From contig JBFMGO010000132.1 in assembly GCA_040752695.1 (NCBI GenBank), forward strand, positions 1-15,117: 15,117 nt of DNA, in the 5' to 3' direction. Both the position numbers and the translations under genes were made by a program. Of this stretch, positions 6,701 to 13,436 are shown piece by piece. How positions within the stretch are numbered: the stretch's first letter is position 1; every line of letters begins with the position of its first letter. Below the pieces are notes generated by a model. It searched no databases, was not told where the DNA came from, and saw only the letters and a program-made list of their open reading frames with translations. This DNA comes from a bacterium (lineage in GTDB: Bacteria > SZUA-182 > DTGQ01).

Positions 6701-9440
6701 GGCCATGGAGTTGCTTGGCAAGTATTTTAACCGTGACAGGAGAATCCTTTCTGCCGGGATGGAAGAGGAAAACGGGTTACTCCTCTGCCGCGTAGACAGC
6801 ACCAAAGGGAGAGAGAATTACGAGACGTTCGTGATCGTCTCCAATGATAAGACCTGGGCAAAAGACGCGGGAAAAATTCATCGTTATCTGGAAAGAGCAA
6901 AGATGAAGGAAAAACCGGAACTTATCGTGCTCATTGCAGCCGAAGGAGGCCAGGAGCAGGAGAGGGAGGAGCGGATTATTCAACACCTTTACCGGCAGGT
7001 TTTCCCCGTATCCTGGTGCTGTCTTGGGCTGTTTTCCTCCCCTTTCCCGAAGGGTGCGGAAGAGAGGTTTTCAGGGAATAATGCCTGCTCGTATCGGACC
7101 TTTACCCTTGATCAGGAAGAAAAATGGCGTGAAGATTTCCTCCGGTATTCATTTAACCCTCTTTTTTACCGCGAGTTAAAGATACACCTTCTTTCCCGGT
7201 TCAACCTGAAGATCCTCTACTCAAGTGAGTCCGCCTATCTTATTTCGGCAGTTGCTCAGAGTAATCAAAATGACAGGCGGCTTATCGCCTTGGTGGATAT
7301 CCCGGAAAGCCGTGCCGAAGTTGGCGAGGATAATTCCATATCGAGGATTGTCGCCTTTGACCACGCGCTGACGGAAGCGATTTACGCCATGAGTGTCGAG
7401 CGGTCAAAAGCAGATGGATCTTTCTATCTCAATAGAATCATTGTTCATATTCATCCACTGCTCACGGTAAATATGCAGCAGATTACCGCTTATGCCCATA
7501 AACTCACCCCACGGGCAAGGGAACTGGGACTGGAAAAGGTGATCATCCATACACGCCGCAGGAAAGAGAACGATGATACCATCCACGAGTTCGAACTTCA
7601 TTTTACCAATATCTCTCAGGATCATTTTGCCATGGACGTTTGTCTCCCATCGACCAAACTCCTCGAGGCGATGACCGATGATTATATTTCCAGGGTGGTA
7701 AGAGCACGGCAAAGAGGGAATGTATACCCTTATGAGATCATTAAAATGATCACTCATCTCGAGCTCGGTCAAAGCGGAGACATGAATTTCATAGCAGGAA
7801 ACTTTGAAGAATATGATATTCAGGTGAACGAGAACAGGGATACGGAAGGTCAGGAAACCATTTCCGTCAAGGCAAGGCCCTATGGCCGGAATAAGAGTAA
7901 TATCGTATTCGGTATTATCACGAACTTTACGAGGAACTACCCCCGGGGCCTTAAGCGGGTGATTATTCTTGTGGACACCACCCGCGACATGGGCAGTCTG
8001 GCCGAGCCCGAATGCCGCAGGGTAATCGGCGCTCTGGATCTGGCCGAACAGTTACGGATTCCGGTAGAATGGCTGCCCTTATCGGCAGGCGCAAAGATAG
8101 ATATGAACAGTGGTACGGAAAATTTAGACTGGACAGCGCGGGTGCTCAGGGCGATCATAGAATTTACCCAGGCAGGAGGTGAAATCAATATGATCGTGTC
8201 TGGTGTCAACGTCGGAGCGCAATCGTATTGGAATGCGGAGGCGACCATGCTCATGCACACCCAGGGAGTTCTTATCATGACAGAGGATGCCTCCATGCTC
8301 CTGACCGGTAAAAAGGCGCTGGATTTTTCCGGGAGCGTATCGGCTGAAGATAACATCGGCATCGGTGGAGTGGAGAGAATCATGGGCCCCAACGGTCAGG
8401 CGCAGATGAAGGCAAAAAACCTTTCCGAGGCATACGAGATTCTTTTCCAACACTATGACTTCACCTATAGAGAACCCGGAAAAGTTTTTCCCGCACGTCA
8501 ATCCAGCAAAGATTCGCCCGACAGGGATATTACTCTTTCTCCCTATAGGGATCGCCTGGACCAGGGATTTACCTGCATCGGGGATATCTTCAGCCAAAAG
8601 TACAATCCGGAGAGGAAGAAACCCTTCGATATGCGGCAGGTAATGCAGGCGGTCATTGATCAGGACCTCGGCTTTCTGGAACGGTGGCAGATGATGAAGA
8701 ACGCAGAAACCGCCATTGTCTGGGAAGCACGGATAGGCGGCTTCGCAGCAGGAATGTTAGGGGTGGAAAGCAAGCCCCTGGCCAGAATGGGAAGGATTCC
8801 TCATGACGGACCGGAGTCCTGGACCGGAGGAACGCTGTTTCCTCAATCTTCAAAAAAACTGGCTCGTGCCATCAACGCCTTCAGCAAACGACTTCCCCTG
8901 GTTATCCTGGCCAATCTTTCAGGTTTCGACGGCTCTCCGGAATCTTTGAGGAAATTGCAACTGGAATTTGGCGCCGAAATTGGCCGGGCTATCGTAAATT
9001 TTCAGGGACCGATCGTTTTTGTCGTAATTGCGCGCTATCATGGAGGTGCATATGTCGTGTTTTCCCGCACGCTGAATCCCTTCCTGAAGTCGGCGGCTCT
9101 GGAAGGCGCCTACGCTTCGGTCATCGGAGGCGCACCGGCGGCGGCTGTCGTTTTCCCCCGCCAGGTTTTGAAAGATACCTATGCGGATCCCCGTATCAGA
9201 GAGGCTCAAAGCCGTCTGGACAATGACCCGGAGTTTAGACAAAATGATTTTGATGATCTTTTCCAGAAGATACACACGGAAAAACAGACTGCCCTCGCGC
9301 AGCGTTTTGATCAGATTCACTCCGTAGAGCGGGCAAAAAAAGTGGGTTCCATCGAGGACATCGTTTCTTCCCAAGACCTGCGTCCTTACCTGATCAGGTC
9401 GATAGAGGAGGGAATGAGGAAATTTATGGCGTCAGGGTAG
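3759..9440 (+). CDS. Single-chain multidomain biotin-dependent acyl-CoA (probably acetyl-CoA) carboxylase: BC - BCCP - central region - CT, 1893 aa
   Basis: RBS AAGGAG. Biotin carboxylase motifs NRGEAAIR, WVGWGFLSE, GGGRGIR, RDCSVQRRNQKIIEE, EVNTRLQVEHP, FDSMIAKII (about 3800-5180). Biotinylation motif EAMKM (Lys655, 5721-5723). Central region of about 600 aa. Carboxyltransferase from about 7700, with 'GSLAEPE...SAGAKI', 'GGTLFPQSSKKLARAI', 'LANLSGFDG' and 'GGAYVV'. Confidence 0.92.
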   Translation: MERTEQERPILDGASRIGIINRGEAAIRFIRAVREYNALHQTALTAVAFYLDIEQEAPFVKEADEACPLSKLTGFARVKGSAYLNKELMLEALLSAQCQAVWVGWGFLSEDAAFARMVEDSGLVFIGPSSESMALLGNKISAKELAQRARVPILPWSEGPVAGVEEARRVADRIGYPLIVKAANAGGGRGIRFIRKPEELAAQYQAAREESLRTAGNDIVFIEHQVVTGRHLEVQVLADRYGQVQTFGVRDCSVQRRNQKIIEETPPPHFDRQMIEDMEQAAARLIVEAGYESAGTVEFLYDEDQSQFYFMEVNTRLQVEHPITEQLYNVDLVKGQLRVASGQRLPELTEKEEDIYTPRGCAIEVRLNAEDPDREFIPAPGRIVLFKAPSGPGIRVDSGIEQGSAIPSEFDSMIAKIIAYAPCRSEALARLERALREMHIKIEGGTTNRAFLLGLLQCHGIRQGGVHTRFVEDLIKGKDQLPEGQGQDHQKQIIKRNTWNIALLACAIEQAISRYQEELIHFRQQWNSIGQPRDIPLSCGYEVTLQLQGHTYVFQVKALGGNIFHLKIDGQLLAVHYSKRNHEAIMHCGNKRYAIQMVSRDDVLQCEIDGIPYYVGIESNDQIKAPFPAVVISIAAAPGQAVQKGDVLLQLEAMKMLMSIEAPKSGKVKTISVREGEQVYSGQALVQMDTGEQSESEEESGQPRVSFDLQEIHDTARKWQILEREFLAVFFGFDYDEEEETAAAIFEKLIEFVRENPQLQKQIITCFLSALEAYAAIEILFSHKRIESEGFAGAASYQELLMHFFIRNECQKEGLPQEFLDSLERALVWYPQGGQSEKERFDQALFRIYKSHAHLATKQNLLRSMLCSMKEFPDIRIFSQRVSDLLDEIALISQNQLPVLADAAIQARYHLIDRMFLETIKEERKGQLERLVELTVRGDGNGDEDKKERSGLMDRIANTGHYMVFELLFLALDPVREKRALAMELLGKYFNRDRRILSAGMEEENGLLLCRVDSTKGRENYETFVIVSNDKTWAKDAGKIHRYLERAKMKEKPELIVLIAAEGGQEQEREERIIQHLYRQVFPVSWCCLGLFSSPFPKGAEERFSGNNACSYRTFTLDQEEKWREDFLRYSFNPLFYRELKIHLLSRFNLKILYSSESAYLISAVAQSNQNDRRLIALVDIPESRAEVGEDNSISRIVAFDHALTEAIYAMSVERSKADGSFYLNRIIVHIHPLLTVNMQQITAYAHKLTPRARELGLEKVIIHTRRRKENDDTIHEFELHFTNISQDHFAMDVCLPSTKLLEAMTDDYISRVVRARQRGNVYPYEIIKMITHLELGQSGDMNFIAGNFEEYDIQVNENRDTEGQETISVKARPYGRNKSNIVFGIITNFTRNYPRGLKRVIILVDTTRDMGSLAEPECRRVIGALDLAEQLRIPVEWLPLSAGAKIDMNSGTENLDWTARVLRAIIEFTQAGGEINMIVSGVNVGAQSYWNAEATMLMHTQGVLIMTEDASMLLTGKKALDFSGSVSAEDNIGIGGVERIMGPNGQAQMKAKNLSEAYEILFQHYDFTYREPGKVFPARQSSKDSPDRDITLSPYRDRLDQGFTCIGDIFSQKYNPERKKPFDMRQVMQAVIDQDLGFLERWQMMKNAETAIVWEARIGGFAAGMLGVESKPLARMGRIPHDGPESWTGGTLFPQSSKKLARAINAFSKRLPLVILANLSGFDGSPESLRKLQLEFGAEIGRAIVNFQGPIVFVVIARYHGGAYVVFSRTLNPFLKSAALEGAYASVIGGAPAAAVVFPRQVLKDTYADPRIREAQSRLDNDPEFRQNDFDDLFQKIHTEKQTALAQRFDQIHSVERAKKVGSIEDIVSSQDLRPYLIRSIEEGMRKFMASG

Positions 9441-9464
9441 GAGCTTATGCCGCAAGAGGCAGAT

Positions 9465-9544
9465 GCTTTCAGTTATGAGACAGTTTGAGGGAGCTTTTAT
9501 GAGGCAGTATGAGGGGCGCTTTCAGTTATGGGAGTTGTAGAGGG
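9465..9544. repeat. Three degenerate ~25-28-bp direct repeats downstream of the carboxylase stop
   Basis: GCTTTCAGTTATGAGACAGTTTGAGGG (9465), GCTTTTATGAGGCAGTATGAGGGG (9493), GCTTTCAGTTATGGGAGTTGTAGAGGG (9518). The 13-mer GCTTTCAGTTATG is exact at 9465-9477 and 9518-9530. Confidence 0.7.
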
Positions 9545-9609
9545 CGGCAGGTTCAACCTGTTGCTGGCCGTCCGGTTCTGCTGTGCCTGGCCTGAAGAGC
9601 GCCAGGCAC
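9544..9609. terminator. Two hairpins between convergent genes (possible terminator or 3'-end protection structures)
   Basis: GCGGCAGG-ttcaa-CCTGTTGC (9544-9564, two G:U pairs on the + strand) and GTGCCTGGC-N9-GCCAGGCAC (9583-9609, perfect 9 bp). Neither has an adjacent clear U-tract. Confidence 0.4.
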
Positions 9610-9650
9610 TATGAGCCATTTGTTGGAGGGCATTACCGTGGGTTTTTTAA

Positions 9651-9929
9651 TTATTCCCACTGGTTTATATCGAGTCTTTTAAGAACTTGTTCCCTGTTGG
9701 ATAGATCACCGATAATTCGTTCTGCAGGGGATGGCAACTTCTTGATCAGAGTCGGAGTGGCAACGATTTTTTCTTCCGCAGTTGCCTCCGGATGTTCCAG
9801 CAGATCGATAATGGTCAACTCGTAGTTCCCTTTCAATTCATCCTCGCATATGCGGTGCATATTTTCTATTGCACGTTTTGATCTCGTGGTATGATCAAAA
9901 ACATATAATCTGAATACATATTTATCCAT
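9651..9929 (-). CDS. kaiB: KaiB-family protein (circadian clock KaiB / thioredoxin-like fold), 92 aa
   Basis: YVFRLYV...RSKRAIENMHRICEDELKGNYELTIIDLLEHP...EEKIVATPTLIKKLPSPAERIIGDLSNREQVL matches the KaiB signatures ATPTL and RIIGDLS over the full length. Confidence 0.93.
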   Translation of the reverse strand: MDKYVFRLYVFDHTTRSKRAIENMHRICEDELKGNYELTIIDLLEHPEATAEEKIVATPTLIKKLPSPAERIIGDLSNREQVLKRLDINQWE

Positions 9930-9994
9930 TTATTATCTGCCCTTTACATTCAAGAGGAGTGTATTTATTACTGCTCGATGGTAATTTTCCCATT

Positions 9995-10059
9995 GATTAC
10001 ATCTGCACTGGTCATATCATATCTGTTCTGGTCATATCTGCACGGATTATATCTGCATC
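9995..10059. repeat. ~15-bp degenerate tandem repeat spanning the response-regulator stop codon
   Basis: ATCTGCACTGGTCAT (10001), ATCTGTTCTGGTCAT (10021), ATCTGCACGGATTAT (10036), ATCTGCATC (10051). Confidence 0.75.
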
Positions 10060-10424
10060 TCCAGGATATCTCTGGTTACCGAAACGATCTGGGTACTGTC
10101 TATGGGTTTGCTGATGATTTCGAACTGAAGACCTTCCTCTCTGGCAACCTTGAGTTGTTGAAAAAATTCATTATGGAAGGCTGTTACAATGTAAATGGGC
10201 ATATCCTGGTCTATTTTTCTCAGTTCTCTCAACGTCTTTATGCCATCCCAGCCTGGCATCTTGAGATCGAGAAAGACTAAATGATACTTATTATCTTTCT
10301 CCATCATAACCCCCTTTTCCCCCGATTCTGAGGTATGCACCAAATAACCTGTATCTTCGAGGGCGAGGGTAAAGGCATCCCGTATTCCCTTGCTATCATC
10401 GATGACTAAGATACGTTTACTCAT
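10047..10424 (-). CDS. Single-domain response regulator (CheY-like receiver), 125 aa
   Basis: ILVIDDS acidic pair, FLDLKMPGWDG phospho-acceptor Asp, VTA and SKP all intact; no output domain. RBS AAGGAGG. Start overlaps the kinase stop by 8 bp. Confidence 0.93.
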   Translation of the reverse strand: MSKRILVIDDSKGIRDAFTLALEDTGYLVHTSESGEKGVMMEKDNKYHLVFLDLKMPGWDGIKTLRELRKIDQDMPIYIVTAFHNEFFQQLKVAREEGLQFEIISKPIDSTQIVSVTRDILEMQI

Positions 10425-12228
10425 CGTAATCCTCCTTTTGTCTTTCTATGGGTAATAAGATTTTAAACGTGCTCCCCGATCCCGCTTGACTCTCACAGCC
10501 CATTTTGCCTTTGTGTGCGGCTATGATGCTCCGGCAGATCGAAAGACCCAGTCCCGTTCCCTCTCCTGTAGGTTTCGTCGTGAAAAAAGGATCGAAGATT
10601 TTCTGCAGATGCTCAGGTGCAATACCGCAGCCGTTATCTGCAATTGACACTTCTACCCGATCGTTCTGACGGACAGCCTGAATGCATATCTCCTGCCTTT
10701 CTTTTTCCTTTACGGCATCCAGAGCATTGTGAACCAGGTTAAAAAACACCTGTTGGATATTATTTACCTTCATCCAGACTTCAGGTAAGGTTTCATCAAT
10801 ATCTTTTTGTATCGAAACGTTCTGTTTTTCAATACGATAGGACATTAACTTCAAAACTCTGTCGATGAGTTCGGTGCAGCTTGCTTTCTGATAGCCCTCT
10901 TCCCCCTCTTCCTCCCGCCGTGAAAAGGTTAAGAGGTCTTTTATAACATCTATGCATCTTTTCGTTTCGTTTTCGATGTCGAGAAGAGGCTGATAGGTCG
11001 ATGCTTCACGAGTGGTATGTTTGAGACAATACTGGGCATAGTTGAGTATACTCATCATCGGATTATTCATCTCATGAGCGACACCGGCAACCATGGTACC
11101 CAGAGCGTTCATCTTTTCTGACTGGATGAGCTGGTTCTGAGACTCCTTGAGTTTTTCGTACGTCTCCTGGAGTGCTTCATAGGCATCCTTGAGCTCCTGC
11201 TGTGCCTGCATGCGGGTATAAACCTGTCTGGTAAGCTGTTCATTGGTACTTTCAAGATCCCTTGTGCGCTCTTTGACCAATTGCTCCAGATAATCCTGAT
11301 ATTTTGTCAGTTCCTCCTCAGTCTTTTTATGCTCATCGATTTCGTGATGAGCTATATTTATCTCAGTAAGTCCCTGCATGGGAATGGCCACCAGTGGCAT
11401 GACATAACTGAAAAAATGGGCAATATGAGCTATATTGAATAAAGAGTCGAAAAGATGCCTGGAAAAAGACATATAAACCTGCCCGCAGAAATTAAGCAGT
11501 ATGCTGTTCAGAATCAAGCCGGAAAAGACATCCCTTTTGGCAAGAAACCGCTTCAGGACCAGGATAAAGGCGATGGCGAACAGTATGGCCGAAAAAAAAT
11601 CAACCGGCCGGGATATAAACCTTTCAGGATAGATAAACTGCGGGAGAGGAAGGAAAAAGGATGACGCTGTTACACTTCCGCTCAAAACGAAGACACCGAG
11701 GGAAAAAAAGATGGTTCTTTTAACTCTTTTTTTATCTGGCCCCCACTTTACATGGTCCAAAAGGGGTGCCGCTATGATCATAGCGGCAAGAAAGCATTTA
11801 CCGATAACATAACTGCACGGTATGAAACGCGAAAATTGGGTATGAGAACTCGCAAAGAGCGGTCCGTATGACAATATCCCATGAATGAAATCACTGCTTG
11901 CCGCTATGCTGAAGCCAAGGCCGATGAGCAGGTAATAGGGATTATTCAATACCAGAAATGACATTGTGGAAATTACACCCACTCCAATGGCGATAAAAGT
12001 CTGCACGATTTCCAGGAGCGAGTGAGAATCGTGGGTACTGATCCAGGGAGAGGAAAACGCCCAGGGCTTCATCAGCAGGAAGAGCAGAGCGATAGCAAAG
12101 TAAGAGATAAAGTAGCCGTTAATGCTCTTCTTGTCAGTCCGGTAATGAATGAGGTTCCCGCCATTGTGTTTATTTTGACAGTGCTGCACCTGTATTTTTT
12201 TTCGAAAGGAAAAATTCATTATAGACAT
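10417..12228 (-). CDS. Membrane sensor histidine kinase (multi-TM MASE3-like N-terminus, coiled coil, NtrB-type HisKA and HATPase)
   Basis: About 8 hydrophobic segments with 'HSLLEIV...LIGLGF...DFIHG'. '[25 protein letters not shown]' H-box, '[13 protein letters not shown]' N-box, 'DNGCGI', '[21 protein letters not shown]'. The start codon is uncertain (no clear RBS at 12228), and the MASE3 label is from resemblance only. Confidence 0.9.
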   Translation of the reverse strand: MSIMNFSFRKKIQVQHCQNKHNGGNLIHYRTDKKSINGYFISYFAIALLFLLMKPWAFSSPWISTHDSHSLLEIVQTFIAIGVGVISTMSFLVLNNPYYLLIGLGFSIAASSDFIHGILSYGPLFASSHTQFSRFIPCSYVIGKCFLAAMIIAAPLLDHVKWGPDKKRVKRTIFFSLGVFVLSGSVTASSFFLPLPQFIYPERFISRPVDFFSAILFAIAFILVLKRFLAKRDVFSGLILNSILLNFCGQVYMSFSRHLFDSLFNIAHIAHFFSYVMPLVAIPMQGLTEINIAHHEIDEHKKTEEELTKYQDYLEQLVKERTRDLESTNEQLTRQVYTRMQAQQELKDAYEALQETYEKLKESQNQLIQSEKMNALGTMVAGVAHEMNNPMMSILNYAQYCLKHTTREASTYQPLLDIENETKRCIDVIKDLLTFSRREEEGEEGYQKASCTELIDRVLKLMSYRIEKQNVSIQKDIDETLPEVWMKVNNIQQVFFNLVHNALDAVKEKERQEICIQAVRQNDRVEVSIADNGCGIAPEHLQKIFDPFFTTKPTGEGTGLGLSICRSIIAAHKGKMGCESQAGSGSTFKILLPIERQKEDYDE

Positions 12229-12278
12229 GGTGAAAAATTTCCAATTTTGCCTTGAATGAGATTGAGAAACCTCTCTTT

Positions 12279-13265
12279 TTATCGTAACTGTTCACCCTCT
12301 CCATCGGATAATAGAGGGAGTGTATCCTTTAATCTGCTTAGGTTTTTTAGATCCTGCCCAAAGGGATTGAGAAGAGGTAAACTCCTGGAAGTTGATTTTT
12401 CGCTGAGATTATATTTCACGAAAGAAGCCAGTGTTCCCGAAGGACCAAGGTCGAGATAGAGATAAGGTGCCTGTTCTTCCAGTACCTGAATCGTTTTCTG
12501 AAAATAAATGGGAGCACGGACAGTTTCCCAGAAATAGTCTCGGGGAAGGAAGGGAAGGACATTGGCATGTGAACATGAAATAAAACAGATGTTCGGATCA
12601 TCGAGAACAAGGGTGTTGAGAAAATTTTTATAAGCTGCTGCGGCAGGATCAATAAGTGATGAATGAAAACCACGGGAAACATCCAGCATTTGGAAAATAA
12701 TTTTTTTCTCCTCCAACAAAATCTGGATATCGGAGAGCGACTTTCTGTCACCTGATACGACAAAATGAGAAGGAAAATTGACAGCAGCTAATTCAAGGTG
12801 TTCATGAAAGAGCGGATTTTCAAAAAAAAGGTCCGGAGAATGAATAACCGCCATCATCCCTCCTTGAGGACAGAGCGTTTCCAGGGCTTCGGCCTGCCTG
12901 ACCACCGCAGTCAAGGCCGTTTCGAAGGGGATAACACCTGCGATGGCAGCTGCTGCAAATCCGCCCAGGCTTGCACCAAGAACATAGTCGGGGTTTATCC
13001 CGATTTCCATCACTACTTGCGCCAATGCATATTCAACTAAAAAGATAGCCGGGTGAGTGTATAAGGTATGGCTGAACTGATCGCTTTTTTTATATACATT
13101 ACTATAGATCTGGGAGATTATTGATACACCGGTCATCTCGGATACGATCCTGTCCCCATCCAGTACATTTTTCCGAAAAACCGGATTCTGCTCAAAGAGT
13201 TCCCTTCCCATCTGATAATAATGGGATCCCTGTCCGGAAAACATAAAGATAGTGAATTGATTCAT
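12279..13265 (-). CDS. pksD: PksD/BaeD/PedC-like acyltransferase-fold acyl hydrolase (proofreading enzyme of trans-AT PKS), 328 aa
   Basis: RBS GGAGG. 'IFMFSGQGSHYYQMGRELF', 'HPAIFLVEYAL', 'PDYVLGASLG' (Ser99), Gln124 where malonyl-ATs have Arg (Ser+25), 'GFHS', 'YLDLGPSGTLASFVKY'. Confidence 0.85.
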   Translation of the reverse strand: MNQFTIFMFSGQGSHYYQMGRELFEQNPVFRKNVLDGDRIVSEMTGVSIISQIYSNVYKKSDQFSHTLYTHPAIFLVEYALAQVVMEIGINPDYVLGASLGGFAAAAIAGVIPFETALTAVVRQAEALETLCPQGGMMAVIHSPDLFFENPLFHEHLELAAVNFPSHFVVSGDRKSLSDIQILLEEKKIIFQMLDVSRGFHSSLIDPAAAAYKNFLNTLVLDDPNICFISCSHANVLPFLPRDYFWETVRAPIYFQKTIQVLEEQAPYLYLDLGPSGTLASFVKYNLSEKSTSRSLPLLNPFGQDLKNLSRLKDTLPLLSDGEGEQLR

Positions 13266-13436
13266 AGCACGTTAAGACCTCCATCTCTATGATTCAATGA
13301 AGCTGCAAGAATTGTGCCCTTTCTGATACTCACCCCTTTGCATATCTCACCCTCTTTGTCTTTTTTTCCTTGAGCGCAATGCCGTTTCAGTCCTGTTCGG
13401 ACTTCTTTCTGCCTGTATTCCCTGTATAATACGGGA

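Noticed and set aside
2146..9374. Numerous 60-157-aa alternative-frame and antisense ORFs inside pksE and the carboxylase
   Set aside because: All overlap long, motif-rich CDSs and lack domain signatures.
9465..9544. Possible mini CRISPR array
   Set aside because: Repeats are degenerate and abut each other without unique spacers; no cas genes are present.
9651..9929. Evidence of a true circadian clock
   Set aside because: No kaiC or kaiA in the window; KaiB homologs are widespread in non-circadian bacteria.
9583..10280. Plus-strand ORFs 9583-9825 and 9978-10280
   Set aside because: Antisense to the well-supported kaiB and response regulator genes.
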